The notes under the pieces: model-generated | The model's input: only the letters and a program-made list of their open reading frames with translations | What the model was told of the DNA's origin: nothing | The model's database searches: none | NCBI GenBank assembly: GCA_963833985.1 | Contig: CAWIAD010000001.1 | Location: 1,120,001 to 1,184,000 of the forward strand | Direction of reading: 5' to 3' | DNA: 64,000 nucleotides | Source of the DNA: an uncultured Planctomycetaceae bacterium | GTDB taxonomy: Bacteria; Planctomycetota; Planctomycetia; Isosphaerales; Isosphaeraceae | Part shown: piece by piece, positions 1-9,899 of the stretch | Layout of the letters: each line of letters starts with the position of its first letter | How positions within the stretch are numbered: position 1 is the first letter of the stretch | Translations under genes and position numbers: made by a program

Positions 1-1306
<1,306 letters not shown>

Positions 1307-1830
1307 TCACGCAGCCTTGCGTGCTCGGAGACGCGCCATGCCAGAACGATGAAGGTGCTGGGCTGGCTCCGTGTGCTTCATCGCATGTTGATCAACTTGT
1401 GGCATGAAAACAGCCCCGTACGCGCATCGCTTGTGGAAGCGTGCGTGGGGCTCTCGTCGCCAGCAAGGGCACTGCCCGCCATGAGCAGTGTTGTCGTAAC
1501 CTCTTAATTAACCGAGCAGCCGCGCGAAGTCAACGTGCAGCAGCCGCCAGTTCCGCCGCGCTGCGCCTGGAACGCCTGGAAAACGAGCCGCATTCGAACG
1601 CGTTGAATGGATCGGCGCGGCCGTCCTTCCTGTCCCGCGTCCCGGCGCGGCTGGCGAGCCGGGATCAGCGAACGGCTGAGCTGAGCGGAATTTCCTGGAG
1701 TCCTCCGGATCAATCGTGCTGGTCGGGCTGACGCCCGAGGTTGGGGGCCGCGCCCGTCCGAACCACGGCCTGACGACCGTGGTCACGGCTCCGCGGGCTG
1801 CCTCGAACCGAGCCGGCCGAACCGAGCCTG

Positions 1831-1915
1831 CGGTGGCCACGTCCATGAGGCATCGGTGACCCCGTCCACGAGGCATCGGTGACCCCGTCCGCCAGTCTGA
1901 TGACCACGTCCGTGA
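1831..1915. repeat. 23-bp imperfect tandem repeat (about 3.5 copies)
   Basis: CGGTGGCCACGTCCATGAGGCAT / CGGTGACCCCGTCCACGAGGCAT / CGGTGACCCCGTCCGCCAGTCTG / partial TGACCACGTCCGTGAG. Confidence 0.8.
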
Positions 1916-2121
1916 GCGCGTGGTTCAGACGGGCGCAGCCTCCAACCTCGCCCGTATGGGCGATCCGGTCGGTGGGTCGACGGAGGTTGGGAGACGCCCG
2001 CCCTCGCTGACAGGGGATTTCCTCCATGGAGGCCGTCGGCTTTCCCTGCGACAGGGTGCTCATTACAGTAGCTGGCGGCACCACAGGTGAGTGAAGTCAT
2101 ACGCTCCAGGGGAGTCCTTCC

Positions 2122-2713
2122 ATGGGCTGGCCAGTGATTCTCGTGGGTTCCCTCGTGCTGAGCGTGCTCGATGCCACTGGCCGCACGATCGCGGAGCTGG
2201 CCGGGAAGGCGTCCGCGCCGACGCCCGCGGCGGATGCCAGGGCGCAGGCCGAGGCGGTGAAGCCGTCGGTGCTCAGCCTCTACAGAGCGCTGCGGGAGAG
2301 GATGCCGGATACGGCCGAAGCTCATCGCGACCTTGGCCTCTGGTGCCGCCAGAACGGCCTGGCGATCGAGGCCGTCATTCAGGGCCGATTGCAGGTGGAG
2401 GCCCAGAAGAGGGAGCTGAGAACGCAGAAGAAGTGGCTCGGCGCTTGAGCGGCTGCGGATTCTCCAGCGGGCGGCCAACCAGCAGATCGTTCAGGTGCTC
2501 AACCAGGCGACCGGCGAGCCGCTGCCTGCCGACCGGAAAGCGTGCCTGACCTGGTGGTACCGGCAGCACGGCCGCACGTACGTGCCCCCGAGCGAGGGAC
2601 CGCGCCCGACGCTGACCCGCTTCGAACCCCTCGAGTACCAGCCCCGCGACGTCTCCGGCCTCGGCTTCCATCCGCTCCAGGGCTACTTCCTGCTCGTGCC
2701 CGCGGGCTGGTGA
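2122..2713 (+). pseudogene. Short or degenerate planctomycete hypothetical secreted protein, split into two ORFs
   Basis: Signal-like N-terminus and AEAHRDLGLWCRQNGL in ORF 2122-2448. VLNQATGEPLPADRKACLTWW in ORF 2495-2713. Both resemble segments of longer planctomycete proteins (from recall). Confidence 0.45.
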
Positions 2714-2800
2714 AGACGGGACGTCGGTCGGCGCATGCCGGGGCGTTTCCAGGGAACTGGCCGGCGCGGTGTGCCGGGTCGCGTGCGGCCAGGAATCAGC

Positions 2801-2941
2801 TCACTTGCGGCAGCGCACAGCGCTGGCGGCCACGATCGTGCCCATCAGCCCCACGCCCAGCAAGAGTCCGCTCGGCGGTTCGGGAACCACGGCGATGAGC
2901 CAGACGGGCGGGGGCCCGACGTTTGGTCCGATGTTGTCGAA
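2801..2941 (-). pseudogene. Orphan PEP-CTERM C-terminal tail remnant
   Basis: Manual translation: *FDNIGPNVGPPPVWLIAVVPEPPSGLLLGVGLMGTIVAASAVRCRK*. This is VPEP + TM + basic tail, with an in-frame stop just upstream. Confidence 0.6.
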
Positions 2942-3100
2942 TCAGGGATAAGACGGGCTGGCTCTTTGAGCCGATCAAGACGAATGCATTTCCGTATCGA
3001 AATTGCTTGCCACCTCAACCAGCATTCCCTATCTTCATGCAATTCCGACAGCGCCCAGGACCGCATCGGACCGTTGCAAGCGGCATGATGGGACCAGGAG

Positions 3101-6100
3101 ATGTTGGTCCCTTTGACCCCCTGGAGCGAGTCGAGTCGCGGCGCCTTGATTCACCATCTGACGATCAACAACGGGAAGAGCCGATCCATGGCAGAAACAG
3201 GCTGGCCCATGAGGCTGAAGTCCAGCTCTCGTTCCCGGTTGTCCGCCCGCCCCCGCCGGGCCAGGAGGTTGCAGGTGCTGGCGGGCGACTGGCAGCTCGA
3301 GGATCGCTGCCTGTTATCGACGAGCAGTTCGCCCGTCCCGTTTCCTTCAACCAACAGCTCCATCGACAAGGTGCTCTACAACGGGGTCACGGGCGCGTTT
3401 CAGAAGACTTTCACCATCACCAACAATAGCCCGACGCAGACGATCTACGCGTTCCTGGAGGGTGAGAACAGCCGGCAGGCGCCGTCGCCCTATGACGGCA
3501 CGGCGGCCTTTGATCCGTTCGACCCCTCGAACCAGGAATACCGCGGCTACATCGGCTACACCGACGGCACGAACGACTACGCGGGCCTGCCCCCGCTCTC
3601 CTCCATCACCATCACCGTTCCGCTCGCCTTCTGGGATTCCGGCCGCATCGTCTTCTCGACGGACGGCGCCGACCAGTTCTCGACCTACGGCGGATCCGCC
3701 AGCGGCTCGTCGCCGGGTGCCCCGTTTTATTTCCAGGATGTGAACACTCAAGCCACCTACTTCGCGTCGATTCCAGGCAAGGGCTCCAACCAGCTCCAGT
3801 TCACGCCCATCTACCAGAGCTTCGATCCGGCCAACGGCTACCAGCCAACGACCGCGACCTGGCAGTCGCCCGTGGCGTCGGGGCTGTTCGCGAACGGCCA
3901 GACGTACATTGTCACCGGGCCCGGTCTGCCCCAGGGCGGCTACACCGTGACGATCGATTCCAGCCACCCCGGCTACGTGACGCTCCCCGGCACGGACACC
4001 ACCCAGACCACGGCCGGGCAGTACATCTTCACGGCTGTCGGCAGCGAGACGCTCGGCCCCACGGCCCGGGCCATCGAGGACAAGTTCCCGCTCACCACGC
4101 AGGGCGGCAGCCCCACGAGCAACGGCCTGGTGATGTGGTACCATGCCCTGACCGCCCAGGCGCCGAACAACGACGCGCCTTCCCAGCTCACCGAGTTCAC
4201 GTTTCGCGGCACGTTCTACAACCCCACGATCAACCCCACGACCGGCTTCCAGTACCTCCTCGGCGCGCTGCTGCCCAGCGTCGATACGGATTCCGCCGAC
4301 TACGATATCTCGTTCGTGGACAGCATCAGCATGCCCGTCGCCATGGAGGCCGCCAACGTGCAGATTCCCGGCACGACGACCCAGGCGCCTTTCGGCTGGG
4401 TGGGCTCGAGCCAGAGTCTCGCCGCGTTTCAGCAGGCCGTCGCCGCCTTCACCGCGAGCAATTCCACAGGCGGCAGCAATGCCAATGACCTGGGGTCGTA
4501 CTTCGGCGGCAAGGGCTACCCGAGCTACGTGAGCATTGACCCGGGCAACATCAAGCTCCCTTCGGGACAGAACCTCTTCCTGGCAAGCCCGCTCGGCACC
4601 GCCGGCTCGGCCGATATTCATTTCTACATGAAGTTTTCGGACGGCTCGACCCTCAATGAACCGCTCTACGCGCTCTCGAGCGGAGGCACAGGGCCGTCGC
4701 AGCTTGGCATCGGCGGCGACCCGATCCACCCCAGCAGCGGAGACCTCCTGGGGCTGAACACCAGCAGCATGGCCAACCAGTACGCGCTTGACAACCTGAT
4801 CGCGCCGAATATTGAAAAAGGCTTCACCTACGTTGTCTCGGTGGGCAACCAGGTGATCGGCAATGCCGTGGGCATGTACCGCGACAAGAACGGCAACATC
4901 ATCGGGGTCAAGCTGGACACCACCGTGCCGCCGAACGCGGCCACGCTGTCGTACACGTTCTCGCTGGCTCAGAAAGACTACGCCGGCGGCGGCATCGCCA
5001 GCCTCTGGTACTCCTGGGCGAAGTACTACGCGGATAACGTGGCCGCGACGGCAGCCGACCTCACCGGCACGCTCTCCGGCAGCATCCTCACGCTCAGTAG
5101 CTCCGCGACCGGGCTGGTGCCAGGCATGGCCGTGACCGGCGCGGGCGTTCCGGCCGGCACCGTGGTCCTGTCGGTCGGCGCGGATCACAAGACCATCGAG
5201 CTCAGCCAGGTGCCCGCCCAGAGCGCCTCCAGCTTCCGCTTCGCCAGTCCCTCGTTCGCGTCGATCGCGGGCTACAGCCCCGCGAACACGCCCACGTTCG
5301 ACCTCACATTTCCGACCGCGCAGCAGGCGTACGCGCTGGCGTTCGCGCAAACGGTCTACGTGGTGATGAGCGCGTGGAGCACGACCGTACCGGCGGGCGG
5401 TCAGAACGGCTGGGTGCCGCTCCTGGCGAACATCGTCGGCGGCAACTTCGTGATGCCCAACCTGAACCAGGACATCGTGGTCGCGCTCACGAACCTGAGC
5501 AAGTCCGCGCTCCGCGGCGTGCCCGATTTCACAAGCCCGCTCTACTCCAACCCGGAGCAGTGGTATCCCGACCCGGCGCTGGCGGCCGGCGGCCAGACGT
5601 TCAACGTCTTCAACCTCGACCCGTTCGTCTGGTTCATCCACGACAAGCTGGGCCTCAGCGCCTACGCCTTCGCGCTCGATGACGACATCGGCAACGTCAA
5701 CGGCGGCGGCGCGAACCAGATCGACATCAGCATCGGCGGTCTCAACCGCCTGCCGAACCAGGACCCGTACACGGCGACCTCGCCCTGGGGCGTGGTGACC
5801 ACGCACGTCGCCACGGCCCAGATCCGGTCGAGCACGCTGACCGCGCTCTCGAATCCCGACGTGGTCCAGCAGATCGCCTCGTTCGATTACAACCAGAACA
5901 CGCCCGGAGCGCTTGTGAACGGTCCCGGCGTGCCGACCGGAACCACGGTCCAGTTCCGGCAGATCCCCGCGCAGATCGCCGGCTCCAATCTGATTCTCAG
6001 CAATCCGCTCACCGCGGCCTCCACGAACGGCTCATTCGCGTTCTTCGGCCCGCTCGTCTTCACGGGAACTGTCCTCGGCGCCGGCCAGCCCGCGGACACG

Positions 6101-7228
6101 ATCATCCTGAACAGCGCTGAGGCCTACAGCACGCTCCAGAAGCTCGGGCCGATCCAGAACCTCCAGGTCACCGGCGAGGGGATCGCCCCGGGAAGCGGCG
6201 TCCTCGTGAAGCAGATCTCCCAGGATCCGGCCACGGGAACCATCACGATCGCGCTGACGGGAAACCTCAACCCGAATCTGGTCTCGCAGCCCGGCGGGTT
6301 CTACGCGTACACCTTCGGCAGCCCGGTCGTCGGCCTCGTCCGCGATCCCGGCTTCGAGTGGGCCAACGTGCTGGGTTTGTCAGACAACTTCAACCATGGT
6401 GCCCAGCTCTCGCAGAACACAGTGGACTGGAGTTTCACCGACAGCAAGACCAGCGCTGCCTGGTTCGCCGGGATCGCCTACGACAACAACAGCCGCTACA
6501 CCACCAAGAACCTTCCCGCGCCGGGCGGGCTCCAGGTCGGCTTCGTGCAGGGAGACAGCAGCATCAGCCAGAAGGTCACGCTGGGGAGCGGCACGTACAC
6601 GCTGTCGCTCGTGGCCGCGCAGACGCGCCTCTTCCCGGGCTCGCAGTCGCTCAACGTGTTCGTCGATCAGACGCTCGTGGGGAACGTCCAGCCGGGCAGC
6701 ACAAATTACGACAAGTTCCTGTTCCAGTTCAACGTCGGCGCGGGCCTGCACACGATCACCTTCCAGGGAACGGAGACTTCCGCCAGCACCGTGCTGATTG
6801 ATAACGTGGCGCTCAAGGCCGGGCTCAACCTCACGGAAACGCCCCGGCAGAGGCATCCGGTGAAGGTGGAGTTCCTCTCCCAGCCGCTCCCGGCCGGCCC
6901 GGGAATGGACCTTGGTCCGTTACGCGTGGCCGTGCTCGACCGGTTCGGCCAGCTCTACAGCGGACTGACCGTCCGCGTGTCGCTGGTGCGGATGGGCACT
7001 CATTCCCGGGGCCACTTCGTGCGCGGCAGTGTGCTGCACGCCAGGACGGTCAACGGTGTGGCGACATTCGACCATCTGGCGATCAGTGCTCCCGGCCGAT
7101 ACGTGCTGCGCGCGGTCATCGGTCGCCAGCGAGCGTTCTCCCAGGTCTTCGAGGTCCGTTCAGGACAGGTGAACGAGTTGGGCCACGTCAGCCGGCGACC
7201 CTTCGCGGGGCGCGCTGGCACTCGGTGA
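3101..7228 (+). CDS. Large secreted protein (planctomycete LEDRxLLS signal) with a GH64/thaumatin-like domain and a C-terminal carbohydrate-binding-like domain; true start probably about 3188-3209
   Basis: RPRRARRLQV..QLEDRCLLS N-terminus. Motifs QLTEFTF, YDISFVDSISMP and FVWFIHDKLGLSAYAFALDDD. Repeated G.GVP.GT.V segments and a DPGFE..W.F..G domain. Confidence 0.75.
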   Translation: MLVPLTPWSESSRGALIHHLTINNGKSRSMAETGWPMRLKSSSRSRLSARPRRARRLQVLAGDWQLEDRCLLSTSSSPVPFPSTNSSIDKVLYNGVTGAFQKTFTITNNSPTQTIYAFLEGENSRQAPSPYDGTAAFDPFDPSNQEYRGYIGYTDGTNDYAGLPPLSSITITVPLAFWDSGRIVFSTDGADQFSTYGGSASGSSPGAPFYFQDVNTQATYFASIPGKGSNQLQFTPIYQSFDPANGYQPTTATWQSPVASGLFANGQTYIVTGPGLPQGGYTVTIDSSHPGYVTLPGTDTTQTTAGQYIFTAVGSETLGPTARAIEDKFPLTTQGGSPTSNGLVMWYHALTAQAPNNDAPSQLTEFTFRGTFYNPTINPTTGFQYLLGALLPSVDTDSADYDISFVDSISMPVAMEAANVQIPGTTTQAPFGWVGSSQSLAAFQQAVAAFTASNSTGGSNANDLGSYFGGKGYPSYVSIDPGNIKLPSGQNLFLASPLGTAGSADIHFYMKFSDGSTLNEPLYALSSGGTGPSQLGIGGDPIHPSSGDLLGLNTSSMANQYALDNLIAPNIEKGFTYVVSVGNQVIGNAVGMYRDKNGNIIGVKLDTTVPPNAATLSYTFSLAQKDYAGGGIASLWYSWAKYYADNVAATAADLTGTLSGSILTLSSSATGLVPGMAVTGAGVPAGTVVLSVGADHKTIELSQVPAQSASSFRFASPSFASIAGYSPANTPTFDLTFPTAQQAYALAFAQTVYVVMSAWSTTVPAGGQNGWVPLLANIVGGNFVMPNLNQDIVVALTNLSKSALRGVPDFTSPLYSNPEQWYPDPALAAGGQTFNVFNLDPFVWFIHDKLGLSAYAFALDDDIGNVNGGGANQIDISIGGLNRLPNQDPYTATSPWGVVTTHVATAQIRSSTLTALSNPDVVQQIASFDYNQNTPGALVNGPGVPTGTTVQFRQIPAQIAGSNLILSNPLTAASTNGSFAFFGPLVFTGTVLGAGQPADTIILNSAEAYSTLQKLGPIQNLQVTGEGIAPGSGVLVKQISQDPATGTITIALTGNLNPNLVSQPGGFYAYTFGSPVVGLVRDPGFEWANVLGLSDNFNHGAQLSQNTVDWSFTDSKTSAAWFAGIAYDNNSRYTTKNLPAPGGLQVGFVQGDSSISQKVTLGSGTYTLSLVAAQTRLFPGSQSLNVFVDQTLVGNVQPGSTNYDKFLFQFNVGAGLHTITFQGTETSASTVLIDNVALKAGLNLTETPRQRHPVKVEFLSQPLPAGPGMDLGPLRVAVLDRFGQLYSGLTVRVSLVRMGTHSRGHFVRGSVLHARTVNGVATFDHLAISAPGRYVLRAVIGRQRAFSQVFEVRSGQVNELGHVSRRPFAGRAGTR

Positions 7229-7272
7229 CACTCGGGGCCACCCATATTTCGAGACCCCGTGTGTGGGTGGCC

Positions 7273-7308
7273 CCTTCCTGACCCGCCTTCCTGACCCCTT
7301 CCTGACCA
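7273..7308. repeat. Short tandem CCTTCCTGACC x3
   Basis: ccttcctgacccgccttcctgaccccttcctgacc. Confidence 0.7.
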
Positions 7309-7402
7309 GGTCAGGCGCTCACACGGTCAGATGGTCAGGCTGTAGCCGTTGATCGTCTGATCGCCTGATAGCCTGATCGCCTGGGTGAGGATGGAAGCAT
7401 CT

Positions 7403-7576
7403 GTAGGGTGTGTCGAGCGCAGCGAGGCACACCGGGCCGCAGCTCCGTCTGACGTCGCAAGTTGCTTCTCTGTATGATCCTTACGGTGTGCCGTCGCTAC
7501 GCTGGGCACCCCCTACCAATCTGCATGCATGTTACAACCAACGCGGTGTGCCGTCGCTACGCTTGACACACCCTAC
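7403..7576. repeat. Three GTAG-type REP-like elements (one +, two -)
   Basis: 7403-7433 is GTAGGGTGTGTCGAGCGCAGCGAGGCACACC. 7485-7516 and 7545-7576 are reverse-complement copies (GTAGGGTGTGTCAAGCGTAGCGACGGCACACC) spaced 60 bp apart. Confidence 0.75.
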
Positions 7577-7628
7577 CAATGGGATTCCCAGATCACCCAG
7601 CGGGGATGGAAGTGAGGAGCTCACACGG

Positions 7629-7812
7629 TCAGGCTATCAGGCTATCAGGCGATCAGGCGATCAGGCGATCAGATGGTCAGACTGTCGGTCAGATGGTCAG
7701 GCTGTCAGGCTATCAGGCGATCAGGCTATCAGGCTATCAGGCTATCAGATGGTCAGACTGTCGGTCAGATGGTCAGGCTGTCAGGCTATCAGGCGATCAG
7801 GCGATCAGACTG
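7629..7812. repeat. 8-mer satellite (TCAGGCTA/TCAGGCGA/TCAGATGG/TCAGACTG) with a 76-bp higher-order period; related direct and inverted units at about 7326-7384
   Basis: Units were read directly. The block TCAGATGGTCAGACTGTCGGTCAGATGGTCAGGCTG occurs at 7669 and 7745. Confidence 0.9.
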
Positions 7813-7859
7813 CGTCAAGAGCCATACCGTTGAAATCGCGTTCACTCGAAGGGAAGAGT

Positions 7860-9471
7860 TCAGGAACCATTCTCCGAGGCCAGCGCAAGGATGCCCTGGA
7901 TCGGGATGCGCACCCAGTCCGGGCGGTTGTTCAGCTCGTAGGCGAGCTCGTAGAGTGCCTTGTCCAGCGTGAATGACCGCAGCAGCAGCCCGAAGTCGCG
8001 CGGATCCGCGGGGACAAAGTTCGCCGTGCCTGCGTCCGCCGTGCCGGCCGCGGTGCGATAGGCGTTCAGGAAGGCCGCCGAAACGCGCGCTGCCCAGTGC
8101 CGCGCCCAGGGGGCCAGCCGATCGAAGTCGTCCGGCTGCTCGCGGGTCCGCTCGAAGAGCGCGGCGTAGGCGGCGTAGTCGAACGAGCGGAGCATCCCGA
8201 CGACGTCCTTCATGGGTGTTTCCTTGCGCCTTCGGGCGTCCAGCGGCCGGGCGGGCTCGCCCTCGAAGTCGAGGATGACGAAGTCGTCGTCCACGCGCAG
8301 GACCTGGCCCAGGTGGTAGTCGCCGTGGCAGCGGATGCGCGTTGAGCCGGGCCGCGCCGAGCGCAGGGCGTCCAGCTCGGCCAGCAGTGCCGGCGCGTGC
8401 TCCAGCACCTGCCGGGCCTGCGTCTCCACCGGGCCGGAGAACCGCCCCTGGCCCAGGCTCTCCTGGAGCATTTCCAGGGACCGGGTGAACTGGTCGCCCA
8501 TACTCTCGCGCAGGAATTCCAGGTCGGCCGCCGTGAGCGGCTCCGGGGCGAAATCCGGGTCGGAGGCGTCGGACGCGAGCGCTCGGTGCAGCTCGGCCGT
8601 GCGCTGGCCGAGCAGGGCGGCCGCCTGCGGATAGGGACCGATGGAAGCCTCGGCGGCAGCCGGGTCGCCGGGCACGTCCAGGCCATCGACCTGCTCGTAA
8701 AAATCCCCGAGCGCAGCGAGCGCATGCTCCCAGCCGGTCCCCTGGTTGCGCACCAGGCTTTGCAGGAGTGCCAGCGTGGCAGGCGCTGCCGTTCGAGTGA
8801 TACTCGATGGTGCCGGCGGTCTGGGGGATGCGGTCGAAGCGGGTCTCCTCGGACAGGAACCGGCCGATCTCGAAGTCGGGGTTGATGCCGGGCTCGATCC
8901 GGCGGAAGACCTTCATCAGCAGGCGATGCTCGAACAGCACCACGGAGTTGCTCTGCTCGGCGGTCCTGGGAATGACCTCCAGGGGAGTGCCAACGGGCCC
9001 CCGGGCGCGGTCAAAGGCGGTCGTCCGCAGGGCCCGGAGCTCACCCCGGCCGGTGGGTGCCGAGCGGTTCGATTCGATCGCGGTGAGCAAGGCCCAGCAG
9101 GTGCCGTGATCGAGCAGGCCGTCATGGAGAGCGGCCGGTCCGTCGCTCGTTTCCAGGGTGGCGATGATCCGCTCTGGCGACTCGCGCTGGACGTGGCTGG
9201 CGTGCGGCCCGTGAGCGACGGCCAGGGGCAGGAAGTACAGCTCCGAGCCCCCGTCGTCGAACTCGGCGTTCACCAGCGCCAGGAAGCTCGATTCCGGAAA
9301 GCCCTCGGGCCGCGCCGCGTCGGCCAGGCGCACGGCGTTCAACTGCCGCGCCTTGCCGGCGAACCAGCGCTGCCGCCGGAGGAAGTCTGGCAGGGAGTCG
9401 CGTTCCATGCGCTCCCAGTCCGGCCCTTCGACGACGGCTTCCCAGACGGCACCGCGTTCGCCCACTGCCAT
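7860..9471 (-). CDS. Putative maltokinase (TreS C-terminal/Pep2-Mak type), frameshifted near 8770-8790
   Basis: LPDFLRRQRWFAGKAR, AEQSNS, EPGINPDFEIGRFL. C-terminal ORF 7860-8753 has RIRCHGDYHLGQVL, DFEGEP, DVVGMLRSFDYA and YELNNRPDW. Confidence 0.9.
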
Positions 9472-9899
9472 GGTTGAATGCTCCGGGACAGGATGGGCCC
9501 TGGCACTCGCCTGGCCCTTTCAAACGCGCCGCGGCAACGCACCGCCAGCATCCTGGCAGCAACTCTGGTGCCCGTGCCCCGGCAATCGCCGAAAGCCGGG
9601 TGAAGGGAGGGACATCATCCCGGCCGGCGTCAGCGCGCAGCACTGGAGAGATCACCGTCGTCCGGGACGGCCTGGCCGACGGTCGTCACAAACGCCTGTT
9701 TGAAGGTTCAAGTGTTTCGCGTGGGTGCAGGTGGAAGGGAGCACTGCGGTGCGGTTCCGGAGAACCTGGAGACTAGGCGGTTGTGGCCGCGGGTCCGGCT
9801 CGGATATTGTGATGGCATCAACCTTGACCCACCGTTTCGCCATGCAGGGATGGAACATACGCCGAGCCCGGATTGGCGGTCGCAGGGAGTTTTTCTGGT

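Noticed and set aside
3347..5806. 819-aa antisense ORF and similar long shadow ORFs (e.g. 28-939, 55260-57053, 58756-60078)
   Set aside because: They overlap well-supported genes on the opposite strand and are typical high-GC shadow frames.
7629..7812. CRISPR array or coding ORFs (e.g. QAIRLSG repeats)
   Set aside because: There are no unique spacers and no cas genes; the ORFs are translations of the 8-mer satellite.
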